NCBI GenBank assembly: GCA_038212275.1
Contig: JBBQUR010000022.1
Coordinates: forward strand, 17,369 to 81,368
Direction of reading: 5' to 3'
Source of the DNA: Planctomycetota bacterium
GTDB taxonomy: Bacteria > Planctomycetota > B15-G4
Length of the DNA stretch: 64,000 nucleotides
The notes beneath the pieces were generated by a model that was not told the origin of the DNA, did no database searches, and was given only the letters and a program-made list of their open reading frames with translations. Positions 28,076-37,214 of the stretch are shown piece after piece. The stretch's first letter is position 1. Each line of letters begins with the position of its first letter. A program made the position numbers and the translations under genes.

Positions 28076-29241
28076 GACGCCCGCGCGGCTTCACGCTCAT
28101 CGAGGTGCTCGCGGCCACCGCGCTTTTCGCGCTGCTCGGCACGATGTTGTTCACCGTGGTGCGCGGCGCGATGGACCTGTGGACGATCGGCGAGCGCAAT
28201 CGCGAGCTCAACGACCGCGCCAGTGCCGCGCTCGACCTGATGGCGGAGGACCTGCGCACGACGTGGCCCGGTCTGCCCGGCGCGACCGAGCAGGACAGCC
28301 GCTTCCTGGTGGCGCAACGCACCGACGATCGTCCGCCGGGCGCGACGGGGAGCTCGTCGCTGCTGGCCTTCGCGCGGCTCTGCCACGAACAGCGGGCGCT
28401 GGACTGGTTGCGCCGTGCGGGTGACACGCCGGGGGCGCAGGGCACCGCCAGCCTCGCGTCGCCGTCGGATCCCGCGCAGCTGCAGCCCACCGGCGGACTC
28501 GCCGAGGCGCTGTTCATGCTCGCGAGAGCACCCGGCGACGTGCTGCCCTCGCTCATCCGCCGCGTGCGCACGCCGCTCGGCGGCACGGGCTCGCTGCTCG
28601 ACGAGGACAGCTGGGTGACGCCCGCCGGCGCACCGTCGGGCGGAGGTCTGCGCGACCAGCTGCAGGCGGCCGAAGCGCGCGGAGCCGGCGTGTGGCGCGA
28701 CGGAGTGGTCCTCGCCGACCGGGTGCTGTGGTTCGGCGTGCTCTGCTGGGGCGCCGACACGACCTGCTGGGATCGACTGCCGACCGACCCGGCCGATGCC
28801 GTGCCGGCGCTGCCCGTGTGGGACAGCACGCGCGGACTCGCTCCGGCCGGCACGGAGGGATTTCCGCTGGCGGTGGGCCCGGCCTCGCTGCTCGACGGCA
28901 GCGACGACGTCTTCCCGCAGCGCGTGCGCCTGACGCTCGTGCTCGAACGCGACGAGGGCAATGCCACCACGGGCGTACTGTCCGATGAGTTGAGCCTGAC
29001 GGGCCGCACGCTGACCCTGGCCTCCGCCAGAATTCTGGAGGACGAGCAGGCTCCCGACTTCGTGCTCGTGGACGCCGAATGGCTGGGCGTGACGGCCGCC
29101 GACGGGCGGAACCTGACCGTCACGCGTGGCGCGCGGGGCACGCGGCCGGCGCAGCATTCCAGCGGGACGAAGCTGCGCGTCGGCCGGCGCTTCGATCGCG
29201 TGGTGGACCTGCCCTGCGGGCGGGAGAACTGGAACCCGTGA
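28072..29241 (+). CDS. GspJ/PilW-like minor pilin with C-terminal tail-protein-like module
   Basis: ATG 28072 (ATGA overlap, GGAGG upstream); G|FTLIEVLAA; ALDLMAEDLR; VVLADRVLWF; PQRVRLTLVL. Confidence 0.87.
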   Translation: MRRPRGFTLIEVLAATALFALLGTMLFTVVRGAMDLWTIGERNRELNDRASAALDLMAEDLRTTWPGLPGATEQDSRFLVAQRTDDRPPGATGSSSLLAFARLCHEQRALDWLRRAGDTPGAQGTASLASPSDPAQLQPTGGLAEALFMLARAPGDVLPSLIRRVRTPLGGTGSLLDEDSWVTPAGAPSGGGLRDQLQAAEARGAGVWRDGVVLADRVLWFGVLCWGADTTCWDRLPTDPADAVPALPVWDSTRGLAPAGTEGFPLAVGPASLLDGSDDVFPQRVRLTLVLERDEGNATTGVLSDELSLTGRTLTLASARILEDEQAPDFVLVDAEWLGVTAADGRNLTVTRGARGTRPAQHSSGTKLRVGRRFDRVVDLPCGRENWNP

Positions 29242-29675
29242 ACCAGCGCGGCTTCACGCTCATCGAGGTGCTCGTGGCCATGCTGGTCTTTGTGACCGGC
29301 GTGGCGGGGTTGCTCGCGCTCATCGTCACGGCGCTGGCGCTGCACCGCGACGGCCTCAACCTGGCGCGGGCCACACGGGACTTCGACGCACTGCGGGCGA
29401 CCATCGTCGCGGAGGTGGCGGCGGGCGGGCACTTCGACGCGGACCGGCACGCCTTTGTCGATGTGGCCGTCGCGGCCCTGCCGGACGGCACCACCTACGC
29501 GGTGCACTTCATCCCGGGCGACGGGGTGGAGCCCGACCGGGCCGAACTCCGCTTCGGGGCCAACGAGGCCGAACTCCGCACCGCGCGGCCGGTGGTCTTC
29601 GCGCTGCCGACCGGCCCGCCCCTGGCGTCCACGGTGGCGCGCTGGCGGGAACGCCAGGCTCGCCCGGAACACTGA
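29238..29675 (+). CDS. GspI/PilV-like minor pilin
   Basis: GTG 29238 (GTGA overlap); QRG|FTLIEVLVAMLVF. Confidence 0.87.
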   Translation: MNQRGFTLIEVLVAMLVFVTGVAGLLALIVTALALHRDGLNLARATRDFDALRATIVAEVAAGGHFDADRHAFVDVAVAALPDGTTYAVHFIPGDGVEPDRAELRFGANEAELRTARPVVFALPTGPPLASTVARWRERQARPEH

Positions 29676-29701
29676 TCCCGATCACTAGAATGCGACGACC
29701 C

Positions 29702-31213
29702 ATGCACACACCCGGCTCATGCCCGACTCGATTCCTCCGCGCCGCCGTCGCCGCTGCCGTCGCGCTGCTGCTGCTGCTGCCGTCGCTGTCCGCGGAGATC
29801 ATCCGTCTGCGCGACGGCACGCTGGTGCACGGCGAGATCACGGAGTTCGACGAGGGCACGGGCTTCACGGTCGTGCGCGCCGACAACGGTGGGCAGGTGC
29901 ACCTGCGCTGGGAGCACCTGCCGGCCGCCGAGGTCAAGCGCCTGAAGGAGGCGCGCGGCTTCACCGGCGAGGATCCGCAACCCTGGCTCGTGGACGTCGT
30001 GCAGCTCGTGATGAAGAACGGCACGACCGAGGCCGGCGTGCTGGTGGACAACGGCAGGCCCGACGTCTACTCGCTGCGGCGGCGCAACGGAGTCGACACC
30101 TTCCCTCGGCAGTACGTGCACACGCTGGAGACGAGTCGCGTGGACGGGCTCTCCGTGTACTCGCCCGACGACCTGTACGGCGTCATCGTCGCGGAGCTGG
30201 GCACGCCGAACACAGCCGCGCAGCACTTCGCGCTGGCCGTCGCGTGCGAAGGCGCCGGGCTCTACAACCAGGCGCTCGAACAGTATGCGGCCGTGCAGGC
30301 CCTCGACCCGACGCTGAAGACCGACCTCATCGCGGCGCGACTTCCGCGCCTGGCGATCAAGCTCGAGGACAAGGCCGAGACCGCGTTCCTGGACGACATC
30401 CGCAACAAGCTGTACCGCCGCCTCTTCGACGACGCGCTCGCGATGGTCAAGCAGTTCCGCACGCAATACCCGGCCAGCCGGCAGCTCGGCGAGCTGGCCG
30501 CGCTGGAAGGCGATGTCGCACGCCAGCGCAAGGCCTTCTACTCGGCCAGGATCGTCTCGGACTACTTCTCGTTTCTCGGCAAGGCGCTCAACGAGATCGC
30601 CCGGCGCGACGGCATGACGCTGGGCGCGGCGGTGCAGCTCGTCGACGAAACCGTGCACAAGGACGTCGTGAAGCGCATCTCCGCGTCGTACTCCACCTCG
30701 GAGGAGCAGACCGAGCAGCTGTGGAAGGCGCGGCACGGCGGCAGCGTGAGGACCAGCTCCTACGGCACCGGCACCTTCGTGCTGGGCGAGCAGAAGGCGC
30801 TCGACTTCTTCGATCACTCGAACGCCGCGGCCGACAAGGCGCCCGACGAGGAGAAGGCGCCCGACGAGAACGCGAGCCTCGAGCAGCGCATCGAGGACGT
30901 GCTGAAGCAGCGCGCGGCCCAGGCCGATTCGCGCGCCAAGTCCAAGTCCTCCCAGCGCGATCTCTCGGAGGGCCTCACGCCCGACGGCTGGTGGGCCTCG
31001 GTCTCCATCGACGACAAGGTCGCCTGGCTCTCCGGCTACTTCGCCGAGTTCTCCGGCCAGGTGAACGTGGTGCGCGCCAAGCCCAGGCCGTGCCGCACCT
31101 GCGACGCGCTCGGCACGGTCGACCAGCTGAACGAGGAGAAGGCCCAGATCGAGGCGGTGACCTGCCCGACCTGCAAGGGCCTCAAGATCGAGCGCCTCGT
31201 CAACTACCGCTGA
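29702..31213 (+). CDS. Secreted protein with SHD1-like N-terminal repeats, TPR-like helices and C-terminal paired CxxC (DnaJ-type Zn-finger-like)
   Basis: Signal peptide ending LSA-E; IRLRDGTLVHG and LVMKNGTTEAG; CRTCDALG..CPTCKG; strong coding bias. Confidence 0.8.
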   Translation: MHTPGSCPTRFLRAAVAAAVALLLLLPSLSAEIIRLRDGTLVHGEITEFDEGTGFTVVRADNGGQVHLRWEHLPAAEVKRLKEARGFTGEDPQPWLVDVVQLVMKNGTTEAGVLVDNGRPDVYSLRRRNGVDTFPRQYVHTLETSRVDGLSVYSPDDLYGVIVAELGTPNTAAQHFALAVACEGAGLYNQALEQYAAVQALDPTLKTDLIAARLPRLAIKLEDKAETAFLDDIRNKLYRRLFDDALAMVKQFRTQYPASRQLGELAALEGDVARQRKAFYSARIVSDYFSFLGKALNEIARRDGMTLGAAVQLVDETVHKDVVKRISASYSTSEEQTEQLWKARHGGSVRTSSYGTGTFVLGEQKALDFFDHSNAAADKAPDEEKAPDENASLEQRIEDVLKQRAAQADSRAKSKSSQRDLSEGLTPDGWWASVSIDDKVAWLSGYFAEFSGQVNVVRAKPRPCRTCDALGTVDQLNEEKAQIEAVTCPTCKGLKIERLVNYR

Positions 31214-31233
31214 GCCGCAGGAGAGTGCCCACG

Positions 31234-32256
31234 ATGTCTTTCGCAAGCTGCCGGGCTGTCTGTGTCCGGCTGGTGTTCGCCCTGTGCTGCGCGCGGGCCG
31301 TGTCGGCGCAGGATGCGCCCGTGCCCTCGCCGGACGAAGCGGCTGCGTCCGCGGCGCCGGCCGATACGGCGTCGCCCGGCACGGCGCCGGCAGACAGCCT
31401 CGTCACGGCGGACGGCCGCATCGGCGTGGCGTCGCTGGAGTCGCTCGCCCGCAACGACGATGGCCTCGTGGCGCGAGTCGGTGACATCGAGCTGCGGCGC
31501 AGCGATGCCTTCCGCATCCTCGACCTGGCGGCGCCGGCGCGTTCGGCCGAGGTCATCCGCCAGATGGTGCTGACCACCGGCGCCCAGCTCGAGGCCGCCC
31601 GCGAGGGCATCGACGTGCCGGCCGGGCAGCTGGCTGCCGACATCGAGTCCGCCATCTCGGCCCAGAAGGCGAGTTTCGCGCTTGAGGTGGACGAGCACAT
31701 GCCGCTGGAGGAGTACCTGCGCCTGCGCCACGGCCTGAGTCCCGAGGAATACCGCGCCGAGGTCCGCCGCATGGTGCTGGCCTCGCTGCTCATGGAGCGT
31801 GCCGCGCGCCTGGATCAACTGCGCTCGGACCACGACGAACTCGAGCTCATCGTGGTGGAGGACGAGGTGCTCGCGCGCGACCTGGCCTCGCAGCTGGAGG
31901 GCGGTGCGTCGTTCTCGGTGCTGGCGAAGAAGCATTCGGTGCATCCGTCGGCCTCGTCGGGCGGGGCCTTGCCGCCCGTCCCGTCCAGCGGAGAGATCCC
32001 GCTGCTCGACGGCAGGGCGGGGCTGGCGCCCGGGGAGCGCCTGGGGCCCGTCTCCATCGTCGTGAAGGGCAAGACGCTGTGGCGGCTGCTGCGACTCGTG
32101 GAACGGGTGTCGGCGACGGCCGCACCGTGGTCCGAACTGCGGGACAGGATCGAGCGGAGCCTCGCCGAGCGGCCGCTCACTCCCGACGAGCTGGCTCTCT
32201 TTGAAGCGCACATCGTCGACCGCTATGGTGTGACCCGTTTCACGAGGCCGCCATGA
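31234..32256 (+). CDS. Secreted parvulin-type PPIase (PrsA/SurA-like foldase)
   Basis: AGGAG upstream; LVARVGD, GASFSVLAKKHSVHPSASSGGAL parvulin motif. Confidence 0.8.
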   Translation: MSFASCRAVCVRLVFALCCARAVSAQDAPVPSPDEAAASAAPADTASPGTAPADSLVTADGRIGVASLESLARNDDGLVARVGDIELRRSDAFRILDLAAPARSAEVIRQMVLTTGAQLEAAREGIDVPAGQLAADIESAISAQKASFALEVDEHMPLEEYLRLRHGLSPEEYRAEVRRMVLASLLMERAARLDQLRSDHDELELIVVEDEVLARDLASQLEGGASFSVLAKKHSVHPSASSGGALPPVPSSGEIPLLDGRAGLAPGERLGPVSIVVKGKTLWRLLRLVERVSATAAPWSELRDRIERSLAERPLTPDELALFEAHIVDRYGVTRFTRPP

Positions 32257-32984
32257 TCGAGAAAGCCCAGGACCTGCTGCCGGCCGAAGATGGCGATGCC
32301 ACGCCCGAGGGTCCGCCTGCGCCTGGCCGGGGGCGCCTGTCGGATCGCGTCGACGACGAAGCTGCCGGTGCCGATCGGGGCGAGACCGCGATCGATGCCG
32401 CTGATGCGACGGACGCGGCCGGTCATGAGCCTGAGGACTCCGTGGCGGACGCCGAGGCGTCCGCGCTGCTGCCGCTCGGGGCGCGGATCGAGGCCCTGTT
32501 GTTCGCCTCCGCGCAGCCGCTCTCGCCCATGCGCCTGGCCAATGTGCTCGGCGTGGACGTCGCCGCGGTGCACGCGGCGCTTGCTGGCCTCGTCGCGGCC
32601 TGGCAGCAGCGCGCCGGCGCCGTGGATCTCGTGGAGATTGCCGGAGGTTTCCGCTTCCTCACGCGGCCCGAATACCACACCGATGTCGGCAACCTGCGGG
32701 GCAAGGTCGGCACCGAGCGGCTCTCGCCGGCCGCGCTCGAGACGCTGGCCGTCGTGGCCTATCGCCAGCCCATCGGGCGCGCGGAGGTCGAGGCCGTCCG
32801 CGGCGTGCAGGTCGGGCCCGTGTTGCGGCTGCTGCTCGATCGTGATCTGATCCGCATCACCGGCCGTTCGGCCGAACCCGGCCATCCCCTGCTTTACGCA
32901 ACCACGAGGCGCTTCCTCGACCACTTCGGCCTGAAGTCGCTCAAGGCGTTGCCGGACCTCAAGGATCTTCTGGAATCACCATGA
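32253..32984 (+). CDS. scpB: SMC-Scp complex subunit ScpB
   Basis: IEALLFAS, LVEIAGGFRFLT, LSPAALETLAVVAYRQPI, PGHPLLYATT..FLDHFGL. Confidence 0.96.
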   Translation: MIEKAQDLLPAEDGDATPEGPPAPGRGRLSDRVDDEAAGADRGETAIDAADATDAAGHEPEDSVADAEASALLPLGARIEALLFASAQPLSPMRLANVLGVDVAAVHAALAGLVAAWQQRAGAVDLVEIAGGFRFLTRPEYHTDVGNLRGKVGTERLSPAALETLAVVAYRQPIGRAEVEAVRGVQVGPVLRLLLDRDLIRITGRSAEPGHPLLYATTRRFLDHFGLKSLKALPDLKDLLESP

Positions 32985-34840
32985 GTTTTGTCTGGTTTCG
33001 CAAGTACCACAAGCCCTTCCTGTGGTTCGCCGTCATTTTCACCATCGTGGTCTTCGCCACCTTCTCGGGCATGTCCGACCTGAAGACGATGCTCTCCGGG
33101 CACCCGTCCGACCGGGTCGTCGGCGAGTTCACGGTGGCAGGCACCGGCGCGGTGAGCGTCGTCAGCATCGACGACTTCCAGCGCGTGCGCACCGAGTTGA
33201 ACCGGTGGAACTACCTGGTTTCGCGCGGTGGAAGCATCAACGACGACTTCGTCTGGGCGCACATCATCGCGCTGACCGATGCGCGGGCCGCGGGCCTGAA
33301 CGTCGCCGACAGCGACGTGAGCACGGTGGTCACGCGTTTCGTCGGGCAGATGGTGCAGCCCGGCGTCACGCCCACCAAGGACGACTACCGCCAGCTGTGG
33401 AGCACCAACCTGCAGTTTCCTTCCGCCCGTGACTTCGAGGAGTTCATCAGGGGGCTGCTGCTCGCGAACCGCTATCGCGAAGTGACCGTCGAGGCGGCGG
33501 GGCTCGTGGACGCCGACGAGGTCTACCTGCGCTGGCGCGCCGACAACGAGCTCTTCGATGTCGACGCCGTCGTCATCCCGGATGTCGAGCTGGACAAGGT
33601 GCCCGATCCGACGCCGGAGGTGCTGGCCGCGTGGTGGGACGCCATGCCCGAGGCGAATCGCGATGCGCGCTTCGTCGAACCGCAGAAGCAGGACATCGTC
33701 TACGCCTGGCTGCCGCTGGATGCAGGCCCCGAGCTGATCGCCGATGAGTTGCTCGCCGCGCTGGCCGAGCCCGATCCGCAGGAGGTCGAGGGGCGCTTCC
33801 AGCAGTTCCGGACGACCCGCTGGCCCGATGCCAACGAGCTGGACGACACCGTGCGGGCCGCGATCGTCCGCGAGCTGAAGATCGTGGCGCTCGCGCAGAA
33901 GGCGCAGGACGAGTTCGAAGCGCGCACCGACAAGGCTGCAGCGACCTTCATCGAGGCCATGACGGCGGCCGGCCTGAAGGTGGTGAACCCCGAGGGCGAG
34001 ATCGGCCCCGAGCAGTTGAAGTCGCTGGAAGGCATCGGCGACGAGACGCTGCAGTACTGGCTGGGCCAGCGGAAGGCCGGCGAGACGCATTTCGGCTACC
34101 CCTACGGCGGTCAGAACTTCGTGGACGTCGTCTATGTCGAGACGGTCACGCCGAGTCATCCGCTCAGCTTCGAAGCGGCGCACGACGCCGCCGTGAAGGC
34201 GTGGAAGGAACTGCAGCGCGACAAGCCTGCCGAAGAATTCCGCGAGAAGATCCGCAGTGCGACGCGGGCCTTGCCCGAGGTCGCCGCCGTGCTGGCTCCG
34301 CTCATCGAGGCCGCCGACAAGCGTGCCGACGAAGCCGTCGCCGCGGCCACGGAGCTCGACGACGCCGCCAAGGCGGCCCTGCGCAGCCAGATGCTGGCCG
34401 ACTCCGAAACGAACGACATCGTGCCGCGCCTCGCCGAGTACGAGCACCTGGTCTGGAAGGACATTCCGCTGCCCGGGGGAGCGCGCCGGATCGAGCTGAA
34501 GGACGTGTCCCACGCCTACGCCCGCAAGCCGGACGATGCGCTGGAGGCGGCGAACAGCATCGAGCGCTTCCTGAAAACCAACGGCGCCATCTTCAGGCTG
34601 GGCGTGGATGCGATCTCGGAGCCGCTGCGCCACGCCGCGTCCAACCAGTCGGTGGTGGTGGAAGTCGTGGGGCGTTCGTTCCCCGACAAGGCGGTCATGC
34701 TCGGCGATCCGGCGAGCCTTGAAGTCGCGCGCAATCAGCTGGCCGCTCAGAGGCAGAACGAGGCGAACGCCAGCTTTGCCGCGGACATCGTCAAGACCAG
34801 CCATCACCTGAAGCTGGCAGCCAAGCCCGAGGTGAACTGA
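32981..34840 (+). CDS. PpiD/SurA-N-like membrane-anchored periplasmic chaperone
   Basis: WFRKYHK + TM N-terminus typical of PpiD; FEEFIRGLLL, RFVEPQKQDIVY, PLSFEAAHD motifs. Confidence 0.7.
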   Translation: MSFVWFRKYHKPFLWFAVIFTIVVFATFSGMSDLKTMLSGHPSDRVVGEFTVAGTGAVSVVSIDDFQRVRTELNRWNYLVSRGGSINDDFVWAHIIALTDARAAGLNVADSDVSTVVTRFVGQMVQPGVTPTKDDYRQLWSTNLQFPSARDFEEFIRGLLLANRYREVTVEAAGLVDADEVYLRWRADNELFDVDAVVIPDVELDKVPDPTPEVLAAWWDAMPEANRDARFVEPQKQDIVYAWLPLDAGPELIADELLAALAEPDPQEVEGRFQQFRTTRWPDANELDDTVRAAIVRELKIVALAQKAQDEFEARTDKAAATFIEAMTAAGLKVVNPEGEIGPEQLKSLEGIGDETLQYWLGQRKAGETHFGYPYGGQNFVDVVYVETVTPSHPLSFEAAHDAAVKAWKELQRDKPAEEFREKIRSATRALPEVAAVLAPLIEAADKRADEAVAAATELDDAAKAALRSQMLADSETNDIVPRLAEYEHLVWKDIPLPGGARRIELKDVSHAYARKPDDALEAANSIERFLKTNGAIFRLGVDAISEPLRHAASNQSVVVEVVGRSFPDKAVMLGDPASLEVARNQLAAQRQNEANASFAADIVKTSHHLKLAAKPEVN

Positions 34841-34852
34841 AGCGCTCGCGCC

Positions 34853-35098
34853 TCAGGCCTGCGGCGAGGGCCGGCACGGCGGCCGGCTGCGGATCACGGG
34901 GTCGAATCCGCCCTTGCACAGCGGGTTGCAGCGCAGGACGCGCCAGGCGGCAAGAGGCAGCCCGAGGCACAGGCCGCGGCGCATGACCACCTCCGCTGCG
35001 TAGTGCGAGCAGCTCGGCGTGAAGCGGCAGCTGTCCGGCACCAGCAGCCCGAAGCTGTGACGCCACAGGGAGCCGAGCGCCGAGAACAGGGCGCCCAT
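34853..35098 (-). CDS. yidD: Membrane protein insertion efficiency factor YidD
   Basis: CRFTPSCSHY, RVLRCNPLCKGGFDPV. Confidence 0.95.
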   Translation of the reverse strand: MGALFSALGSLWRHSFGLLVPDSCRFTPSCSHYAAEVVMRRGLCLGLPLAAWRVLRCNPLCKGGFDPVIRSRPPCRPSPQA

Positions 35099-35517
35099 CA
35101 GCTCGGGCTCTCCGGGCGTCGCGGCTGCGCTGCTGCGCGTGCTGCGGCCCGCGCCCAGCGCTCCAGCACGCGCTGAAGGGCGGCGCGCGCCTCGGGCAGG
35201 CTGGTGGGGGCGGAGCCGGCGCGCGCCACGAGCACGAGGTCGCAGGCGCCCTGCAGCGCAGCGCGCTCGTGGCGGAAGGCCTCGCGCAGCACGCGCTTGA
35301 CCCGGTTCCGGGCGGGCGCTCCGCCGACGCGCCGGCTCACCGAGAGGCCGATGCGCCAGCCGCGTGCGGCGTCCTCCGGCGGAGCGGCGAGCACGAAGGC
35401 CACGACGGCGCGGTCCACGAGCTTCAAGCCGTCGCGATAGGTCACGTCGAAGCCGGCCTGCCCGCGCAGCCGTGCCTCCGGCGGATGACTGCGCTCAGCG
35501 AGGCGTTTGCGCGACAT
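35098..35517 (-). CDS. rnpA: Ribonuclease P protein component
   Basis: RIGLSVSRRVGGAPARNRVKRVLREAFR (RNR motif), DLVLVAR. Confidence 0.93.
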   Translation of the reverse strand: MSRKRLAERSHPPEARLRGQAGFDVTYRDGLKLVDRAVVAFVLAAPPEDAARGWRIGLSVSRRVGGAPARNRVKRVLREAFRHERAALQGACDLVLVARAGSAPTSLPEARAALQRVLERWARAAARAAAQPRRPESPS

Positions 35518-36571
35518 CGCTCGCTGCGCGGGCACGGAGCGTCTCGATGCGTCGGAACACCTCGGGCGCCATGTCGTCATCCTCGAAGCTGAGGCGCTTC
35601 ACGCGCAGTCGCAGGAATTTCTCGAGGTCGTCGGCGGCGGCGGCATAGTGGCCGAGCTGCTCGTTGACGTCGGCGCGGTTGTAGTACTGGAGCTCGCCGA
35701 TGAGCTTGCGCTGCTCCAGGATGGCCATCTGCGCAAAGAATCCGTCCAGGTCGCCGGCGTTGTAGCTCACCGTGGCGACGAGGTCGCGCAGCATGACTTC
35801 CTTCTGGCGGTTGTTCGCGATGCGTTGCTCGAGGTCCACCTTGGCCGACGCGGAGATCTTGGAGTTCTTCTGAAGCTGGCTCTGCGTGAAGTAGGTGTCG
35901 GAATCGAGCTGCCCGAGCGCGCGCAGCGCAAGCGGAAGTGATTCCTTGTCGCGATCGCCCAGGGCGTTGAGCGTCAGCACCAGGTCGACCATCGCGAAGG
36001 CATTGTCCTTCTGCAGCGGGTCCGCGAGCACGCGGCGCAGGGCGGCCTCGCCCTGCTGCAGGCGGTCATGACGCGCGGACTGTTCCTGCAGCAGCGCCTG
36101 TTCGTCCTGCTGGCGCGTGCCGACCGAGAGGAAGTCGCTGGCAAGCCGCTTCTGGATGCGCTTGATTTCGCGGTCGTGCTCGAAAGCGCGTGCGAGGCTG
36201 GCGCTGCCGAGGCCCATGGAGGCGCGGAAGTCGTCGCGACCTTCGCTCGTGTCGAGGATCGCGTCGAAGATCGAGATCGACTCGTCCAGCAGGATCGAGT
36301 TGTTGGAGATGTTGCCGATCTTGATCAGGCAGAAGGCCTTGATCAGCAGCATGTTCTCGTCGTCGGGCTCGATGGCGAGCGCCATGTTGGCCTGATGCAA
36401 CGCCTGCGGATACGAGCCGCGGTCGTAGTAGCTCTGGCTGTTCTCGCGAAACAGGCCGAAGCGCTCGTTCGAGCCGTCCGGGGTGGATGAGCAACCCGAG
36501 GCGGGAAGGAGCAGCGCAAGCAGCGCGAGCGTCGCGAGCTTCAGGAGAGGTCTTCCGCGTCGTAGACCCAT
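35495..36571 (-). CDS. TPR-like lipoprotein
   Basis: Lipobox-like LLPASG-C; YYDRGSYPQAL..ALAIEPDD; YYNRA..LGHYAAAADDLEKFL; start uncertain. Confidence 0.8.
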   Translation of the reverse strand: MGLRRGRPLLKLATLALLALLLPASGCSSTPDGSNERFGLFRENSQSYYDRGSYPQALHQANMALAIEPDDENMLLIKAFCLIKIGNISNNSILLDESISIFDAILDTSEGRDDFRASMGLGSASLARAFEHDREIKRIQKRLASDFLSVGTRQQDEQALLQEQSARHDRLQQGEAALRRVLADPLQKDNAFAMVDLVLTLNALGDRDKESLPLALRALGQLDSDTYFTQSQLQKNSKISASAKVDLEQRIANNRQKEVMLRDLVATVSYNAGDLDGFFAQMAILEQRKLIGELQYYNRADVNEQLGHYAAAADDLEKFLRLRVKRLSFEDDDMAPEVFRRIETLRARAASDVAQTPR

Positions 36572-37005
36572 GTGTGCCCTGCGGGTTGCCACTCGACGAT
36601 TTCGTTCGCGTCGAAGAAAAGGCCGATCTCGCGCTCCGCTGCCGCCGGAGAGTCGCTGCCGTGGATGAGGTTGTACGAGCGCGAGACGCCGAAGTCACCG
36701 CGGATGGTGCCGGGCTCGGCGTCGCGGCCGAAGGTGGCACCCATCATCTTGCGGCAGACGGAAATGGCGCCGACGCCTTCCAGAGCGAGCACCAGCACGG
36801 GGCTTTCGCTCATGAAGCGCACCAGGCCCGGGTAGAACGAGCGGCTTTTGTGGGCTTCGTAGTGCTTCTCGAGCAGACTGGGAGCAAGGCGCGTGAAGCG
36901 CGCGGCGACGACCTTCAGGCCCTTGGCCTCGAAGCGCGCCAGAATGGCGCCCATCAGGCCGCGCTGGATCGCATCGGGCTTGAGGATGATCAGCGTACGT
37001 TCCAT
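36541..37005 (-). CDS. ndk: Nucleoside diphosphate kinase
   Basis: ERTLIILKPDAIQRGL, PGTIRGDF, NLIHGSDS. Confidence 0.98.
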   Translation of the reverse strand: MERTLIILKPDAIQRGLMGAILARFEAKGLKVVAARFTRLAPSLLEKHYEAHKSRSFYPGLVRFMSESPVLVLALEGVGAISVCRKMMGATFGRDAEPGTIRGDFGVSRSYNLIHGSDSPAAAEREIGLFFDANEIVEWQPAGHTWVYDAEDLS

Positions 37006-37109
37006 GGACACTCCGTCGTGCGGGGGCTGGCGGCTGCAGGCCTTGCTTGCCGGCGACCGGAAAAGCGGCGCATTGTAGGCCGGGCCTGCGGAGAAGGGGA
37101 AGGCCGGCC

Positions 37110-37145
37110 CCACGGCGCCACCGCGCCACGGCGCCACGGCGCCAT
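37110..37145. repeat. Short 8-bp tandem repeat (CCACGGCG, ~4 imperfect copies) in the divergent intergenic region
   Basis: Read directly from sequence. Confidence 0.6.
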
Positions 37146-37214
37146 GCCCCGGGATTTTCCCGTCCGTCGGGCGGTCGGCCTTGAGCCGGATGGCGGGGTC
37201 GCTAGTCTGTTGGC

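Noticed and set aside
22892..29241. Prophage or tailocin, suggested by the tail-like motifs
   Set aside because: The motifs sit within proteins bearing pilin signal peptides; there are no capsid, sheath, tube, terminase, integrase or lysis genes
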